IMG/VR virus record: IMGVR_UViG_3300045988_132551
DNA from: a virus
DNA length: 47,600 nucleotides
Strand: one strand, 5' to 3'
The translations under genes were made by a program, and so were the position numbers. The notes under the pieces are model-generated. The model saw only the letters and a program-made list of their open reading frames with translations. It searched no databases and was not told the origin of the DNA. Positions within the stretch are counted from its first letter, which is position 1, and each line of letters begins with the position of its first letter. Shown one piece after another: positions 16,623 through 26,943 of the stretch.

Positions 16623-16645
16623 AATATCAAACAGGAGGACATGAC

Positions 16646-16978
16646 ATGAGTTACATTGATGTAGAAAGAACTATTGGTGATAAAACCAAAACAATTAGAT
16701 TAGAATATGATAGAGCATCTATCGTAGAAATGGAAAAGATGGGTTACAATGCGGTCAACCCTTCTGAAAAATTATATACTAATTTTGAAATTTTAATTTA
16801 TGGTGGTATGCTTAAACATCAACCTAAAACAACATGGAAAGATGCTATTGATTTTGCAGAGTTCATGAAAGAAGAATATGGTATGATGGAAGTAATCGAA
16901 AACCTAAATGAAATGGTAAATGAAGTTTTTATATTAGAGGGAAAGACAGGAAAAAAACTAATTCGCAAAGGGAAGTAG
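16646..16978 (+). CDS. tail assembly chaperone (G-like, zero-frame product)
   Basis: Position before the TMP. Contains the slippery A_AAA_AAA near its 3' end. Confidence 0.75.
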   Translation: MSYIDVERTIGDKTKTIRLEYDRASIVEMEKMGYNAVNPSEKLYTNFEILIYGGMLKHQPKTTWKDAIDFAEFMKEEYGMMEVIENLNEMVNEVFILEGKTGKKLIRKGK

Positions 16979-17409
16979 AAGAAACTGAAAAACCCTCATA
17001 TGAAAATGCGAGTGAATTATTTAATGAACTGTTCACTCAATCTATTATTATTGATATGCCCTATGATTTATTTTGGCATGGTGAACCATCACTATACTAC
17101 AACTATCTTGATGCTTATGAACAAAAATTAGAGGATAAAGAAAAGGCATTTGTTCATAAAGAGAATTGGAAAGCATGGTTGCAAGGATTGTATATAGACC
17201 ACGCTCTAGCTTGTAATCAACTTTTTAAGAAACAACCTTACTTTAAAGAACCTTTAAAATTTGATGATAAGGAAGTTGAAGAACAAGAAGAAATTAAAGA
17301 TAGTGATGAATTAACTAAAGTCGAAGAACAACAAGCTATAGCACAGTTTATGGCTTTTGGACAATTAGTAGAAGCAATGAATAATAAACGTAAAGAGAAC
17401 GGTAACTAA
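16646..17409 (+). CDS. tail assembly chaperone GT-like frameshift fusion, join(16646..16957,16957..17409)
   Basis: The -1 frame is continuous with ORF 17056..17409. This arrangement upstream of tape-measure genes is conserved. Confidence 0.65.
16951..16957 (+). promoter_or_regulatory. -1 programmed ribosomal frameshift slippery heptamer A_AAA_AAA
   Basis: Zero frame gga aaa aaa cta. The -1 frame is open from 16924 through 17409. Confidence 0.7.
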
Positions 17410-17447
17410 ATCGTTCTCTATTTTATTTTTAGAAAGGAGTGGACTGA

Positions 17448-20400
17448 ATGGCAGAGGTAGATAAATTAACATTAGAGATTGAAGATAAAGCTAGTAAATC
17501 TACTGATGGAATAGATACTCTTATTACTAAATTAGAAAAATTAGAAAAACAAATGGATGGTACAATCCCTAAAATGCAAAAATTAGCAAATAGTTTTGAG
17601 GGATTGAATACAACTACTAAAAAAGCACCAAATTTGACACCTAGTCAGCAACAAGGTACTGATATGTCAAATACATCCGCTTTGAATAAATTGAGCAGAG
17701 CGGTCAATTTTACGGCTCTTACCGCAGGTGCTTATAAAGCTGGCCAAGCTTTTTCAAAATTATTAGGAACTGCAAATGATTATATCGAGACCCAAAACCT
17801 CTTTGAAGTTGTTATGGGGGACTCAACGAGACAAGCATGGAATTTCGTAGAGTCACTTGAAAGTATCGGTGTCAATCAAGAAGAAGCTATGAGTTATCAA
17901 GCATCTTTTTATGATTTAGCAAATTCATTAGGTGTTTCGTCTAAAAATGCCTATACATTATCTACACAATTTACTAAATTAGCATACGACTATGCTTCTT
18001 TATATAATAAGGACCCAGATGCTATGTTCCAAAAATTACAAGCTGGTATCACAGGTACTGTAGAACCATTGCGTAGATTAGGTAAGGATGTTTCAGAAGT
18101 AAGATTACAAGAAACAGCTAGACGTTTAGGTATTCAAGAAAGTGTTCGTGATATGACACAAGCACAAAAAACTGAATTACGTTTCATAGCTATCATGGAA
18201 CAATCAAAGAGTGCTATGAACGACATGGAGCGTACAATCGATCAACCTGCAAACGCATTAAGAGTATTGAGAGCGCAATTAACTTCTTTAGCTAGGGAGT
18301 TAGGCTCTTTATTTATTCCTGCTTTAAGTGCCGTATTACCTTATTTGATTGCATTTGTTAAATTCATAAGAACGATTGTAGCTGAAATCGCAGGCTTCTT
18401 TGGAGTAAAATTAAAAGCTATTGATTTTAGTGGAGTCAATTCACAAATCAATAATACTGCCAAAGGTACAGGAGATACAGCGAAAAATCTTAAAAAATCG
18501 GCTGATAATGCGAAGAAATTGAAAGATTATATTCTAGGTATTGATGAATTGAATGTATTGAATGATGATGGTACTGTAAGTCGTGACACAGGAGCAAGTG
18601 GTAGCGGTTCTGGTGGAGGAGTAGGAGATTTAGGACTAGATTTAAGTAAATATGGATATGATGATTTACTTAAAAATATCAATTCAAAAGCAAACCAAAT
18701 TTATGAGACATTCATGAAATGGAAAAAACCTTTAATGATTATAGCTGGTATTTTAGCAGGTATCTGGGCAATAGGCAAAATCACTAACTTTATTAGAGCA
18801 TTAAAAGGTGTTCAAACAACATCCAACTTTGTAGCAGGTTTACAAGGTATTGGCGGATTGGCAAGAGCGTTCTTTAACCTAGCAGGCTCAGGTGGTATAT
18901 TAGGTACAGTAGCTACAGCTTTTGTGGGACTAGGAGATACAATTCTTACTTCTATGGGAGTTATCACAGGTAGTACATTGGTTGCAGGACTTACAGGTTT
19001 AGGTGTTGTATTAGCAGGAGTTGCCGTAGCAGGAGTTGCCGTCCATGAAGGTATGAAACCTGCGGTAGATACTGTAGATGAATTCAGTAATGGAGTTTAC
19101 AAAGTAAGTGAAACTACAAAATCAAAATTAGAACCTGTCGTTCAAGAATGGGAAAACGCAGGTAAGAGATTAGCTAAAATTGATTTCAAAGGTATTATTA
19201 CTGATAAGGATATTAGCTATTTGACTAAACAAGCCACAAAAATGAAAGAAGCGGTTTTAAATGAATTGAGTAGTGATAGAAACAGTGAATTGAAAGACCT
19301 TGATATGATGAAAGGTTTAAAAACTGTAACAGCCGAAGAATATACTGAAATGTTGAATTCTACTAATACTTACTATGATGAAACTCAAAAGAAAGTAGAT
19401 GACACTTACGCTCGTATTAGTGAAATTACAGCAAAATACAAAGGTAAGAATATGCCTATGACACAAGAGGATTTAAACGAGTTACAAAGTTTATACGACC
19501 AATTAGGAGAAATAGGTGTAACTGCTATGAGTGAAAGTGAACAAGAACAAACATTTATTCTCAATAGATTGAAATATAATCAAAAACAACTTACAATAGA
19601 AGCAGGTAGTGAAATGCTTGTAGAAGCAAAGAAAAACCATAAGAAATCTATTGAAGAAGCAGACCAATGGCATGCAGACCAATTAGCATCCCTTGAAAAG
19701 AGATATGCCAATGGTAATGGTATGACTAAAGAAGAATACGAAAAACAAAAAGGTATTATTGATAAGGCATACCAAGAACAAATCGCCAATGCTGATGCTT
19801 CTTATAACGACATCAATACAAGAGTTAAAAATAAGTTAGGTGAACAATACGGTTATATTGATGAAAGCACAGGCAAAATCAAAACCAAATGGCAAATTGC
19901 ATGGGACAAAATGTGGGGTGTAGTAAGTACAGTTACAGGCGCTATTACAAGTGGTGTTAGTGATTTTGCAAACGGTATATGGGGCATATTTACAGGCTTA
20001 TATGATAGCATTATAGGTTTCCAAAAATGGTTTGATAGGAAAGTCAAAGAAATTTTTGGTGGATTAGGTAAATATGCTAAACAATTCAAATGGAATGACC
20101 CTAGCACATGGATTTCATGGAGTAGTATGGACTCTGATACGGGAGTAGACATTCCTGTAACTTATTACGGTACTAATTCTATGCAAAATCCAACAGTTAC
20201 AGCTTTTGCTAGAGGTGGTTTCGTTCCTGCCAATGCAAGTTTCGTATCACCTAGCCAAAGCCTATGGACGGCCGGGGAAGCTGGAAAAGAAATCGTAGGA
20301 AGCTATCAAGGCAAGACTACAGTTATGCCACTTGAAAATACAAGTTTCGTTCAATCAATGAAAGAAGCTGTTCGTGAAGGTGTGATTTATGCTATGAGAG

Positions 20401-20522
20401 AAGCAAATAGAGAAAATCCTATAAGGGTTGAAAACAAAGTATATCTTGACAGTAGAGAAATCAAAAGTGCTAACAATACGCAAGATGTCATTCAATCTAA
20501 TGGATTTATCAAAAGAAGATAG
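17448..20522 (+). CDS. tape measure protein
   Basis: 1024 aa, coiled-coil-rich, with central Gly-rich/TM-like segments. Follows the chaperones. Confidence 0.85.
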   Translation: MAEVDKLTLEIEDKASKSTDGIDTLITKLEKLEKQMDGTIPKMQKLANSFEGLNTTTKKAPNLTPSQQQGTDMSNTSALNKLSRAVNFTALTAGAYKAGQAFSKLLGTANDYIETQNLFEVVMGDSTRQAWNFVESLESIGVNQEEAMSYQASFYDLANSLGVSSKNAYTLSTQFTKLAYDYASLYNKDPDAMFQKLQAGITGTVEPLRRLGKDVSEVRLQETARRLGIQESVRDMTQAQKTELRFIAIMEQSKSAMNDMERTIDQPANALRVLRAQLTSLARELGSLFIPALSAVLPYLIAFVKFIRTIVAEIAGFFGVKLKAIDFSGVNSQINNTAKGTGDTAKNLKKSADNAKKLKDYILGIDELNVLNDDGTVSRDTGASGSGSGGGVGDLGLDLSKYGYDDLLKNINSKANQIYETFMKWKKPLMIIAGILAGIWAIGKITNFIRALKGVQTTSNFVAGLQGIGGLARAFFNLAGSGGILGTVATAFVGLGDTILTSMGVITGSTLVAGLTGLGVVLAGVAVAGVAVHEGMKPAVDTVDEFSNGVYKVSETTKSKLEPVVQEWENAGKRLAKIDFKGIITDKDISYLTKQATKMKEAVLNELSSDRNSELKDLDMMKGLKTVTAEEYTEMLNSTNTYYDETQKKVDDTYARISEITAKYKGKNMPMTQEDLNELQSLYDQLGEIGVTAMSESEQEQTFILNRLKYNQKQLTIEAGSEMLVEAKKNHKKSIEEADQWHADQLASLEKRYANGNGMTKEEYEKQKGIIDKAYQEQIANADASYNDINTRVKNKLGEQYGYIDESTGKIKTKWQIAWDKMWGVVSTVTGAITSGVSDFANGIWGIFTGLYDSIIGFQKWFDRKVKEIFGGLGKYAKQFKWNDPSTWISWSSMDSDTGVDIPVTYYGTNSMQNPTVTAFARGGFVPANASFVSPSQSLWTAGEAGKEIVGSYQGKTTVMPLENTSFVQSMKEAVREGVIYAMREANRENPIRVENKVYLDSREIKSANNTQDVIQSNGFIKRR

Positions 20523-20533
20523 GAGGAATGGTT

Positions 20534-20914
20534 ATGAGTGCACCCTTTATTAAAATAAATGGAGTGCCTCTACCTGCCCCTAAACAAGGTTTAGAATACA
20601 CAGTTACTACAACTGTTGACTCTGGCCGTAACGCTAACGCACAAGTTACAGGTAGTAAGGTAGGTAGAGACCAATTAAAATTGAGCAATTTAGAATGGGC
20701 ACATTTGGATGCCCAAACATGGAGTAGAGCATTAAGAGAATTTGAAAAATTCAAGTGTTATATTGAAGTTATAGACCCTGTCACCCTTGCATGGATTGGC
20801 CGTTATTTCTATCCTGGCGATAGGACATTTAAGCTTTGGAAAGTAGATAAGGAAACGGGTATGCCATTGGAATATATAGATTGTAAATGTAACTTGATTG
20901 ATATGGGGTATTAA
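20534..20914 (+). CDS. tail component (distal-tail-protein position)
   Basis: SD aggagg lies 7 nt before the ATG at 20534. Immediately after the TMP. Confidence 0.45.
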   Translation: MSAPFIKINGVPLPAPKQGLEYTVTTTVDSGRNANAQVTGSKVGRDQLKLSNLEWAHLDAQTWSRALREFEKFKCYIEVIDPVTLAWIGRYFYPGDRTFKLWKVDKETGMPLEYIDCKCNLIDMGY

Positions 20915-20916
20915 AT

Positions 20917-23259
20917 ATGAAAGAAGCAAGTCAAAAATTTATAAGTGAAATGAACGAACCATTTAAAAACAAATGGCTTGTTAAAGTAATGATAGGGGCG
21001 GTAAACAATACATTACAATCCTTCGGTAACATAACTACTGATGAAGAATTGAATTCTTTATCTTCACCTATCAATGATTTACTTTTGAATAAAACATATA
21101 CTCCTATTGCTTTATTTGAAAGAGAAACTACATTAGCCGATGGTACACCTATATTTTATTCTAAAGAGAATTATAGCGGAGTTGCATTTAAGAGAGAAAT
21201 TAATAAAGACACATCTATTACTTTTAAATATTCTATTGATGAAAGCTATGTTGATAGAACTGTTGATGAATTAATTCTTGATTTTGATGTCAACTATCCT
21301 AAAACTATTAAAATAAAATATGACACTAAAGTATCGCCTTATTATGAAATATTGACTTTTGAAAATGAAGGATATAGATTTCAAACCAAAGAGTCTTTTA
21401 AAGATATTACTTATTTAGAAATTACAATGAGTGATTTTGCAAATGATAAAATGCTTATTATGAAATCCATGTTTTTTGGAGAAGTTTTGATTTATGACAA
21501 TGAAGATTTAACAGATGGAAATGCTTTATCTTATAGTGAAGCTACTTTCTTTAAAAGTGATGAATTACCTTATAAGAAAGCCAATATTGTTATCAACAAT
21601 CAAAATGATAGATTTAATATTGAAAATCCAGATAATGAATTGAAATTACTTGATAAAGGTCAAACAGTATATTTTATGGTAGGGTATGAATTTTCAGATG
21701 GAACACAAGAATATGTTCAAGGGCAAAAACTTATTCTTGACAGTTGGACAGTAGACGAGCAACATTTAACATTGAACGTTATAGATAAATTAAATTGTAT
21801 TAATGATAGTGTAGACATTGACAGTATAAATGTGAATATGAGCTATCGTAAATATCTGAATAGAGTATTGTCAGAAGGATATGAAGATATATTTGATTTA
21901 AGAACATATGATAAATTCATTCCACAAGGTTTCCCTGTAATCTATAAAGGGTACAGAAAAGAAGCCTTATTAATGATGGCTAATGCCTTTCAAGAAATAT
22001 TGACTATTGACACCGAAGATAAGATACATTCCAAAGGCTCATTTACTCAACTAGATATGCCGTTAAATGTAAATATGGCTGATATATCAAATGAAAACAG
22101 TTTGATTGATTATTATGATACTGATGAAAACCAATGGAGAAATTATGCTACGTTTGAAAAAGATTATGTAAAAGCAGATGGTAGCTTTGTATTTCCTATG
22201 AAAAACAGTAATGAATTTACAGGATTGATAGGCAATCAAATGTGTGATGAAGATGGGAATATTGAAGAAAATATGTCATTTAGATTAGCTTTTTGGAACA
22301 GACCACCAGAATATTTCTCAATGGTATTTGTTCATAGACATACTCCTCAAAGTTACAAATATAAGATATTAAATCCCAATACAGGGAAGTCTTATTATGA
22401 AAGTAATGAATTGTATCATGACGTTAGGGAAACTGACACAATCGTGTTAAATCTTAAAAATGATATTCCTAATTTTGACAATTTAGATTTATGTTCTATA
22501 GAAGTCACATTCTTATCGGTGAATTGGACAGTGCCTTACAATACAATTCATTTAAAATACATTAAAATGGAAAATATGAACGCATATGAGTTGAATGAAA
22601 ATCAATATGTGGATTATTACCCTCATGTTGAAATTCAAACTCCTATTAGAAATATGATTATCAAGGTAGACAAATATCAACCTGAACAACAAAGAGGGAA
22701 GATATTTGAACAAACTGTTACATTCCCTTCTCTAGGCTCTAGTGTAGAAGTAGAAATCAATTCACCATGTTTTGACATAGGAACAGGAAACCAATGGGAC
22801 GTAGGATTTAATGAAAGTGGTACATTGTCTCTTGACAATGGGGAAGTGACAGTTTCGGCGATAAGTGGTAGAATTAAACATGTAAGATTAACTCTTAAAT
22901 CTAATGCTAGTAGTTTAACTCAACCTATCACATTATATGCCGTAGGCTCTCAAACTATTTCAACACAAGATGAATACCAATTAGCTAAAGTAGGAGATAC
23001 ATTAGAAATGTCCAATAATCTATTGCCTATGGCTTATGGAGGGGCATGGACAAGTGACATAGCTGAATGGTATGCTAGAGAAGAAGTAAAAGATAAATTG
23101 TATTCTTTCAACTATATGGGAAATCCTATATTGGAAACAGGAGATAACATCAAAATTCTAAACAAATTAGGTGATGAAATCATCATTAGAATTGAGAAGC
23201 ATGAGTTGACGTTTAGTGCAGGAGGATTAAGAGGTTATATAGAAGGGAGAAAGATATAA
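20917..23259 (+). CDS. tail-associated / baseplate hub protein (Tal-like)
   Basis: 780 aa, second gene after the TMP. Confidence 0.55.
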   Translation: MKEASQKFISEMNEPFKNKWLVKVMIGAVNNTLQSFGNITTDEELNSLSSPINDLLLNKTYTPIALFERETTLADGTPIFYSKENYSGVAFKREINKDTSITFKYSIDESYVDRTVDELILDFDVNYPKTIKIKYDTKVSPYYEILTFENEGYRFQTKESFKDITYLEITMSDFANDKMLIMKSMFFGEVLIYDNEDLTDGNALSYSEATFFKSDELPYKKANIVINNQNDRFNIENPDNELKLLDKGQTVYFMVGYEFSDGTQEYVQGQKLILDSWTVDEQHLTLNVIDKLNCINDSVDIDSINVNMSYRKYLNRVLSEGYEDIFDLRTYDKFIPQGFPVIYKGYRKEALLMMANAFQEILTIDTEDKIHSKGSFTQLDMPLNVNMADISNENSLIDYYDTDENQWRNYATFEKDYVKADGSFVFPMKNSNEFTGLIGNQMCDEDGNIEENMSFRLAFWNRPPEYFSMVFVHRHTPQSYKYKILNPNTGKSYYESNELYHDVRETDTIVLNLKNDIPNFDNLDLCSIEVTFLSVNWTVPYNTIHLKYIKMENMNAYELNENQYVDYYPHVEIQTPIRNMIIKVDKYQPEQQRGKIFEQTVTFPSLGSSVEVEINSPCFDIGTGNQWDVGFNESGTLSLDNGEVTVSAISGRIKHVRLTLKSNASSLTQPITLYAVGSQTISTQDEYQLAKVGDTLEMSNNLLPMAYGGAWTSDIAEWYAREEVKDKLYSFNYMGNPILETGDNIKILNKLGDEIIIRIEKHELTFSAGGLRGYIEGRKI

Positions 23260-23699
23260 TGGCTAATATGATACCACCAGAAGCTAATTGGACAGCTTCT
23301 AGCTATATTAACGCTGATGATTATAATAATTTTTGTGTTCATATATATTATATATCTCAAGAATTGGACGCATTTTTTCCTATAGGCGATAAATTCGACG
23401 ATATGGACACAAGTCATAACAACGAAAACCCTCCTACTGTTTCTTACAATGATTTTCCTACACCAGACAGATGGAATTTGATTGAAGATAAGATTGAGTT
23501 ATTAGACAATCTTACGGGTAACATTGTAGGGATAGGAGAAAAGAAAACATTTCAAGAGGGAGACAAATATATTGACTATATTGAATTGAATAGATTGACA
23601 AATGCTATTAGAGGGTTTTATAATTTAATGGAACAATTATGGAATGGTAGAACTGAATTGCCATTTACTTTAGGAAATTATGGAGGTTTTGAAGTATGA
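23259..23699 (+). CDS. hypothetical tail/baseplate protein
   Basis: Coupled ORF within the tail module. Confidence 0.45.
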   Translation: MANMIPPEANWTASSYINADDYNNFCVHIYYISQELDAFFPIGDKFDDMDTSHNNENPPTVSYNDFPTPDRWNLIEDKIELLDNLTGNIVGIGEKKTFQEGDKYIDYIELNRLTNAIRGFYNLMEQLWNGRTELPFTLGNYGGFEV

Positions 23700-24241
23700 G
23701 TTTAAAAACTAATTATAAAGACGAAATGTTAAAAAGTGGAGAGCAGAGAAGATATAATTTAGTGGCTAGTAATGGTTCCACTCTTTATTCCAATGTTAGA
23801 TTAGAAAAAGCCTATACACCACAGGTTGAAGGCGACAAATTTAGTGCCAAAGACATTAATGATACAAACAAAGCCATCAACGATATAAACGATAGTATGA
23901 AATATTCTTTATCGGCTGAACAATATACAGGTCAAAGATGGTTAAATGGGGAAAAGATATATCGTAAAATCATAACATGGAATAATATAACATCTGGTGT
24001 TAAAAATGTAGCGCATGGCATCAGTAATATTAAAGAATTTGTCAATTATGATGTAACTCTAAATGATAATAAGACATTTTATAAATTACCTATTGTTTAT
24101 TATTCAAATGCCGATTCTGGTACATTCTATGATATATATGCTAGAATTAATAATACTAATATTGAAATTATTAGTAATTCAAATTGGTCTAATTATAAAG
24201 TAACAGCTATCCTATATTATACTAAAACAGTGGATAAATAG
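23696..24241 (+). CDS. putative receptor-binding / tail fibre protein
   Basis: Last structural gene before lysis. C-terminal beta-rich domain ending ..LYYTKTV, as in many Firmicutes phage RBP-like proteins (recollection, not searched). Confidence 0.4.
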   Translation: MSLKTNYKDEMLKSGEQRRYNLVASNGSTLYSNVRLEKAYTPQVEGDKFSAKDINDTNKAINDINDSMKYSLSAEQYTGQRWLNGEKIYRKIITWNNITSGVKNVAHGISNIKEFVNYDVTLNDNKTFYKLPIVYYSNADSGTFYDIYARINNTNIEIISNSNWSNYKVTAILYYTKTVDK

Positions 24242-24255
24242 GAGGTGTAGTTTCT

Positions 24256-24537
24256 ATGGACGATGCGACAATTTCATGGACAGTTATTCTATCTTTGGCA
24301 ACTATCGTAGGACTATTCTTCACAGTTGGGAAGCCTATCATTAATCTTAATTCTACAATTACTGAATTGATTACTCGTCTTAAACGTATGGAGCATGATT
24401 TAGATGAATTTAAAGTTCACAATCATGAGGCGCATAAGAAACTCCATGATAGAATAGATGAAGTAGAAGATGATGTAAATGGTATCAAGCAAGGCGTAGA
24501 AAATATTAAAAGAGACGTGATTATGATTACTAAATAA
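24256..24537 (+). CDS. BhlA/UviB- or XhlA-like membrane protein (holin accessory)
   Basis: N-terminal TM (WTVILSLATIVGLFFTV) followed by a coiled coil. First gene of the lysis cassette. Confidence 0.5.
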   Translation: MDDATISWTVILSLATIVGLFFTVGKPIINLNSTITELITRLKRMEHDLDEFKVHNHEAHKKLHDRIDEVEDDVNGIKQGVENIKRDVIMITK

Positions 24538-24565
24538 AAAGCACCTTTACATGGGTGCTTTTTAG
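24536..24565 (+). terminator. rho-independent terminator (possibly partial read-through)
   Basis: aaagcacc-tttacatg-ggtgcttt followed by ttt. Confidence 0.6.
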
Positions 24566-24600
24566 GTGCTATAATACAAATATGGAAAGGAGGTATTTAT

Positions 24601-24804
24601 ATGTTAAAGTTAACAAACAAAACATATGATATTCTTAAATATATCGCCCAATATGTACTACCAGCTTGTGGTACTTTATATTTTGCTCTAGCAGGTATCT
24701 GGAATTTACCATATGGTGAACAAATCGTAGGTACTATCACAGCCATAGATACATTTTTAGGAGTGTTATTAGGAATTAGCACAAATACCTATAATAAAAA
24801 ATAA
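24601..24804 (+). CDS. holin (Dp-1-like family)
   Basis: 67 aa, two TM segments, YIAQYVLPACGTLYFALAGIW pattern. Directly upstream of the endolysin. Confidence 0.65.
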   Translation: MLKLTNKTYDILKYIAQYVLPACGTLYFALAGIWNLPYGEQIVGTITAIDTFLGVLLGISTNTYNKK

Positions 24805-24816
24805 AGGAGAAATTTT

Positions 24817-25689
24817 ATGAGTAATATTGAAAAAGCTGTCTCATTCATGATTGACATTGCAAAAGATGATAGCCATGGATATGACCAAATCCATAGAACA
24901 GGTGGAACTGATTATGATTGTTCTTCATTAGTAGGTACTGCATTAAACCAAGCAGGATTTAATGTCAAGAAGTCGTCTACTACTAGAACATTGAGAGCAC
25001 AATTATTAGCTTGTGGATTTAAAACTGTTTCAGTAGGCGGTGCTCGTAAACGTGGTGACATTTTCTTAAAAGAAGGACATCATGTCGTTATGTGTACGGG
25101 TACAAATAATATCGTCCACGCATCTATCAATGAAAAAGGAAAGACAACAGGTGGTAAACCAGGGGATCAAACAGGCAAGGAAATATGTGTTAGAAGTTTC
25201 TACAATTACAAAGGTGGTTGGGATTATCATTTTAGATTTAGTGATGCTATCTCAACTCAACCAGCAACTAAACCTAGCGCAACTCCTAAAAATGATTTAG
25301 TCGCTTTAGGACAACAACATACTATCAACTATACAGGACATAGTATTACAGTTGACGGTATTAACGGTAGAAATACAAAAGCTAATATTGTTAGATGTTT
25401 TCAAGTAGCTATGAACCATGATTATGGTAGTAGACTAAAAGTTGATGGTGCTTGTGGTAAAAACACAATCAATGCTCTAGGGAAACATTATGTTAAACAT
25501 GGTGAAACCCAAGAAATGGTAAGAGCGGTACAAGTTGCTTTATACTGTTATGGTTTCAATCCTGGTAATACAGATGCAATCTTTGGTGACAATACTAAAT
25601 TAGCTGTAATACAATTTCAAAGAGCTAAAGGCTTGACTGCTGATGGTATCGCAGGTAAGAATACAATTAAGGCTTTAATGGGAATATAA
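24817..25689 (+). CDS. endolysin: NlpC/P60-like Cys peptidase domain + two PG_binding_1 repeats
   Basis: The catalytic context YDCSSLV and GHHVVMC, plus GDQTGKE. C-terminal repeats VDGI.G..T / ADGIAGKNTIKAL. Confidence 0.8.
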   Translation: MSNIEKAVSFMIDIAKDDSHGYDQIHRTGGTDYDCSSLVGTALNQAGFNVKKSSTTRTLRAQLLACGFKTVSVGGARKRGDIFLKEGHHVVMCTGTNNIVHASINEKGKTTGGKPGDQTGKEICVRSFYNYKGGWDYHFRFSDAISTQPATKPSATPKNDLVALGQQHTINYTGHSITVDGINGRNTKANIVRCFQVAMNHDYGSRLKVDGACGKNTINALGKHYVKHGETQEMVRAVQVALYCYGFNPGNTDAIFGDNTKLAVIQFQRAKGLTADGIAGKNTIKALMGI

Positions 25690-25814
25690 GTTAAAAGAAA
25701 GATGGGTAATTGTTATGAAAAACAAAATATTATATGAGCGTTCTTTACGAACGTGTATCATTATGTTAGTAGTATGTATCGTGTTTAAGCTATTCGGTGT
25801 AATATTGGTTTGAC

Positions 25815-26369
25815 TTGAACACGAGCATACCAATATTACAAAAGTTAGATAATCTAATAAGTAATAATTTGATATTATCATTTGTCTTTACATTGATAAT
25901 TAAGAATATCAATGGAATACTGATATTTTCTATAATTAGTAAAAATATGAAATTCGCTTTGAAACATTTGAAATTAATAATTTTATCCAATATTTTAAAT
26001 ATTTGTGTATGTTATTTCATGGGAGAATGTATTTCTTTCATTATTGATATAATATTTGTATTGATTATTGGTTGCAAAGTGTTAAATATTAATTTTAAAG
26101 AAACATTATTGTGTATTCCACTGAATATAATTTATCAAATGATTTCATTATTTATTAGAAATATTAGTTTAGGATTTAGATACTATGGATTTATAGAAAA
26201 TCAATTATTGTGTTTAGATTATTATATCTTACTATTAATAACTTATTTATTCTTAAATAAAGGAGGGTATACATTATGTGGGGAAATCCATCATATTTTT
26301 TCTTTCCTAGTCACAAAGCTATGGAAAAAGCATTCAAAAAATTATTCAGAAAATAAAGGAGACAATTAA
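25815..26369 (+). CDS. polytopic membrane protein (probably starts at ATG 25715; apparent +1 frame break at TTT 25809-25811)
   Basis: The TTG at 25815 has no SD. The upstream 32-codon ORF 25715..25813 encodes a TM-containing N-terminus. Removing one T joins the two frames. Confidence 0.5.
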   Translation: MNTSIPILQKLDNLISNNLILSFVFTLIIKNINGILIFSIISKNMKFALKHLKLIILSNILNICVCYFMGECISFIIDIIFVLIIGCKVLNINFKETLLCIPLNIIYQMISLFIRNISLGFRYYGFIENQLLCLDYYILLLITYLFLNKGGYTLCGEIHHIFSFLVTKLWKKHSKNYSENKGDN

Positions 26370-26370
26370 G

Positions 26371-26943
26371 ATGGGTAAACGTGAAAAAGTGATGTTTACG
26401 ATATTCGTAGTCATTGTTCAAGTTTTACAGTTTCTATTAGTTTACTCGATAGCATGGTTGAATAACCGAACTATTGAGTTTTTATTTATATTTTTCAGTT
26501 TTCAAATGAATAGAATGGTATTCGGTAAATCTTATCATGCGAATAGCTTATCTAAATGTACATTGATTACATTAGTAACATTCTATCTATTAATCAAAGG
26601 AGTCATTCCTTTAAATATATCATTATTTGCCACTCCTCTCTTTGGAGTATATCTATCATACGTACTGAACATTATACAGGAATTGATAGACAATCAAGAA
26701 GTTCCTAAACCATTCGTAAAGAAGAGATTGAGAGAACAAATCATAGAGATACTAGGAGAAGACTTAAGTGAAGAACACATAAATGAAATTTGTAGAGTGA
26801 AAGGTATCAATCCTAAAGTAGCTGAAACTGTTTATCTCTATATTGACAATTCAAAAGATGAAGTAGCGGATATATTGGATATTCAAGGTACGACAGTTAT
26901 TAGGAGATTGAAAAAGTTTATAGAAAAAGCGACTTTAAAATAA
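26371..26943 (+). CDS. membrane protein with AgrB-like H-x7-C motif and a C-terminal sigma70-region-4-like HTH
   Basis: FGKSYHANSLSKCTLITL compared with the AgrB consensus GG.HA.s...C.i.S. C-terminus DEVADILDIQGTTVIRRLKKFIEKA. SD aaaggag. Confidence 0.6.
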   Translation: MGKREKVMFTIFVVIVQVLQFLLVYSIAWLNNRTIEFLFIFFSFQMNRMVFGKSYHANSLSKCTLITLVTFYLLIKGVIPLNISLFATPLFGVYLSYVLNIIQELIDNQEVPKPFVKKRLREQIIEILGEDLSEEHINEICRVKGINPKVAETVYLYIDNSKDEVADILDIQGTTVIRRLKKFIEKATLK

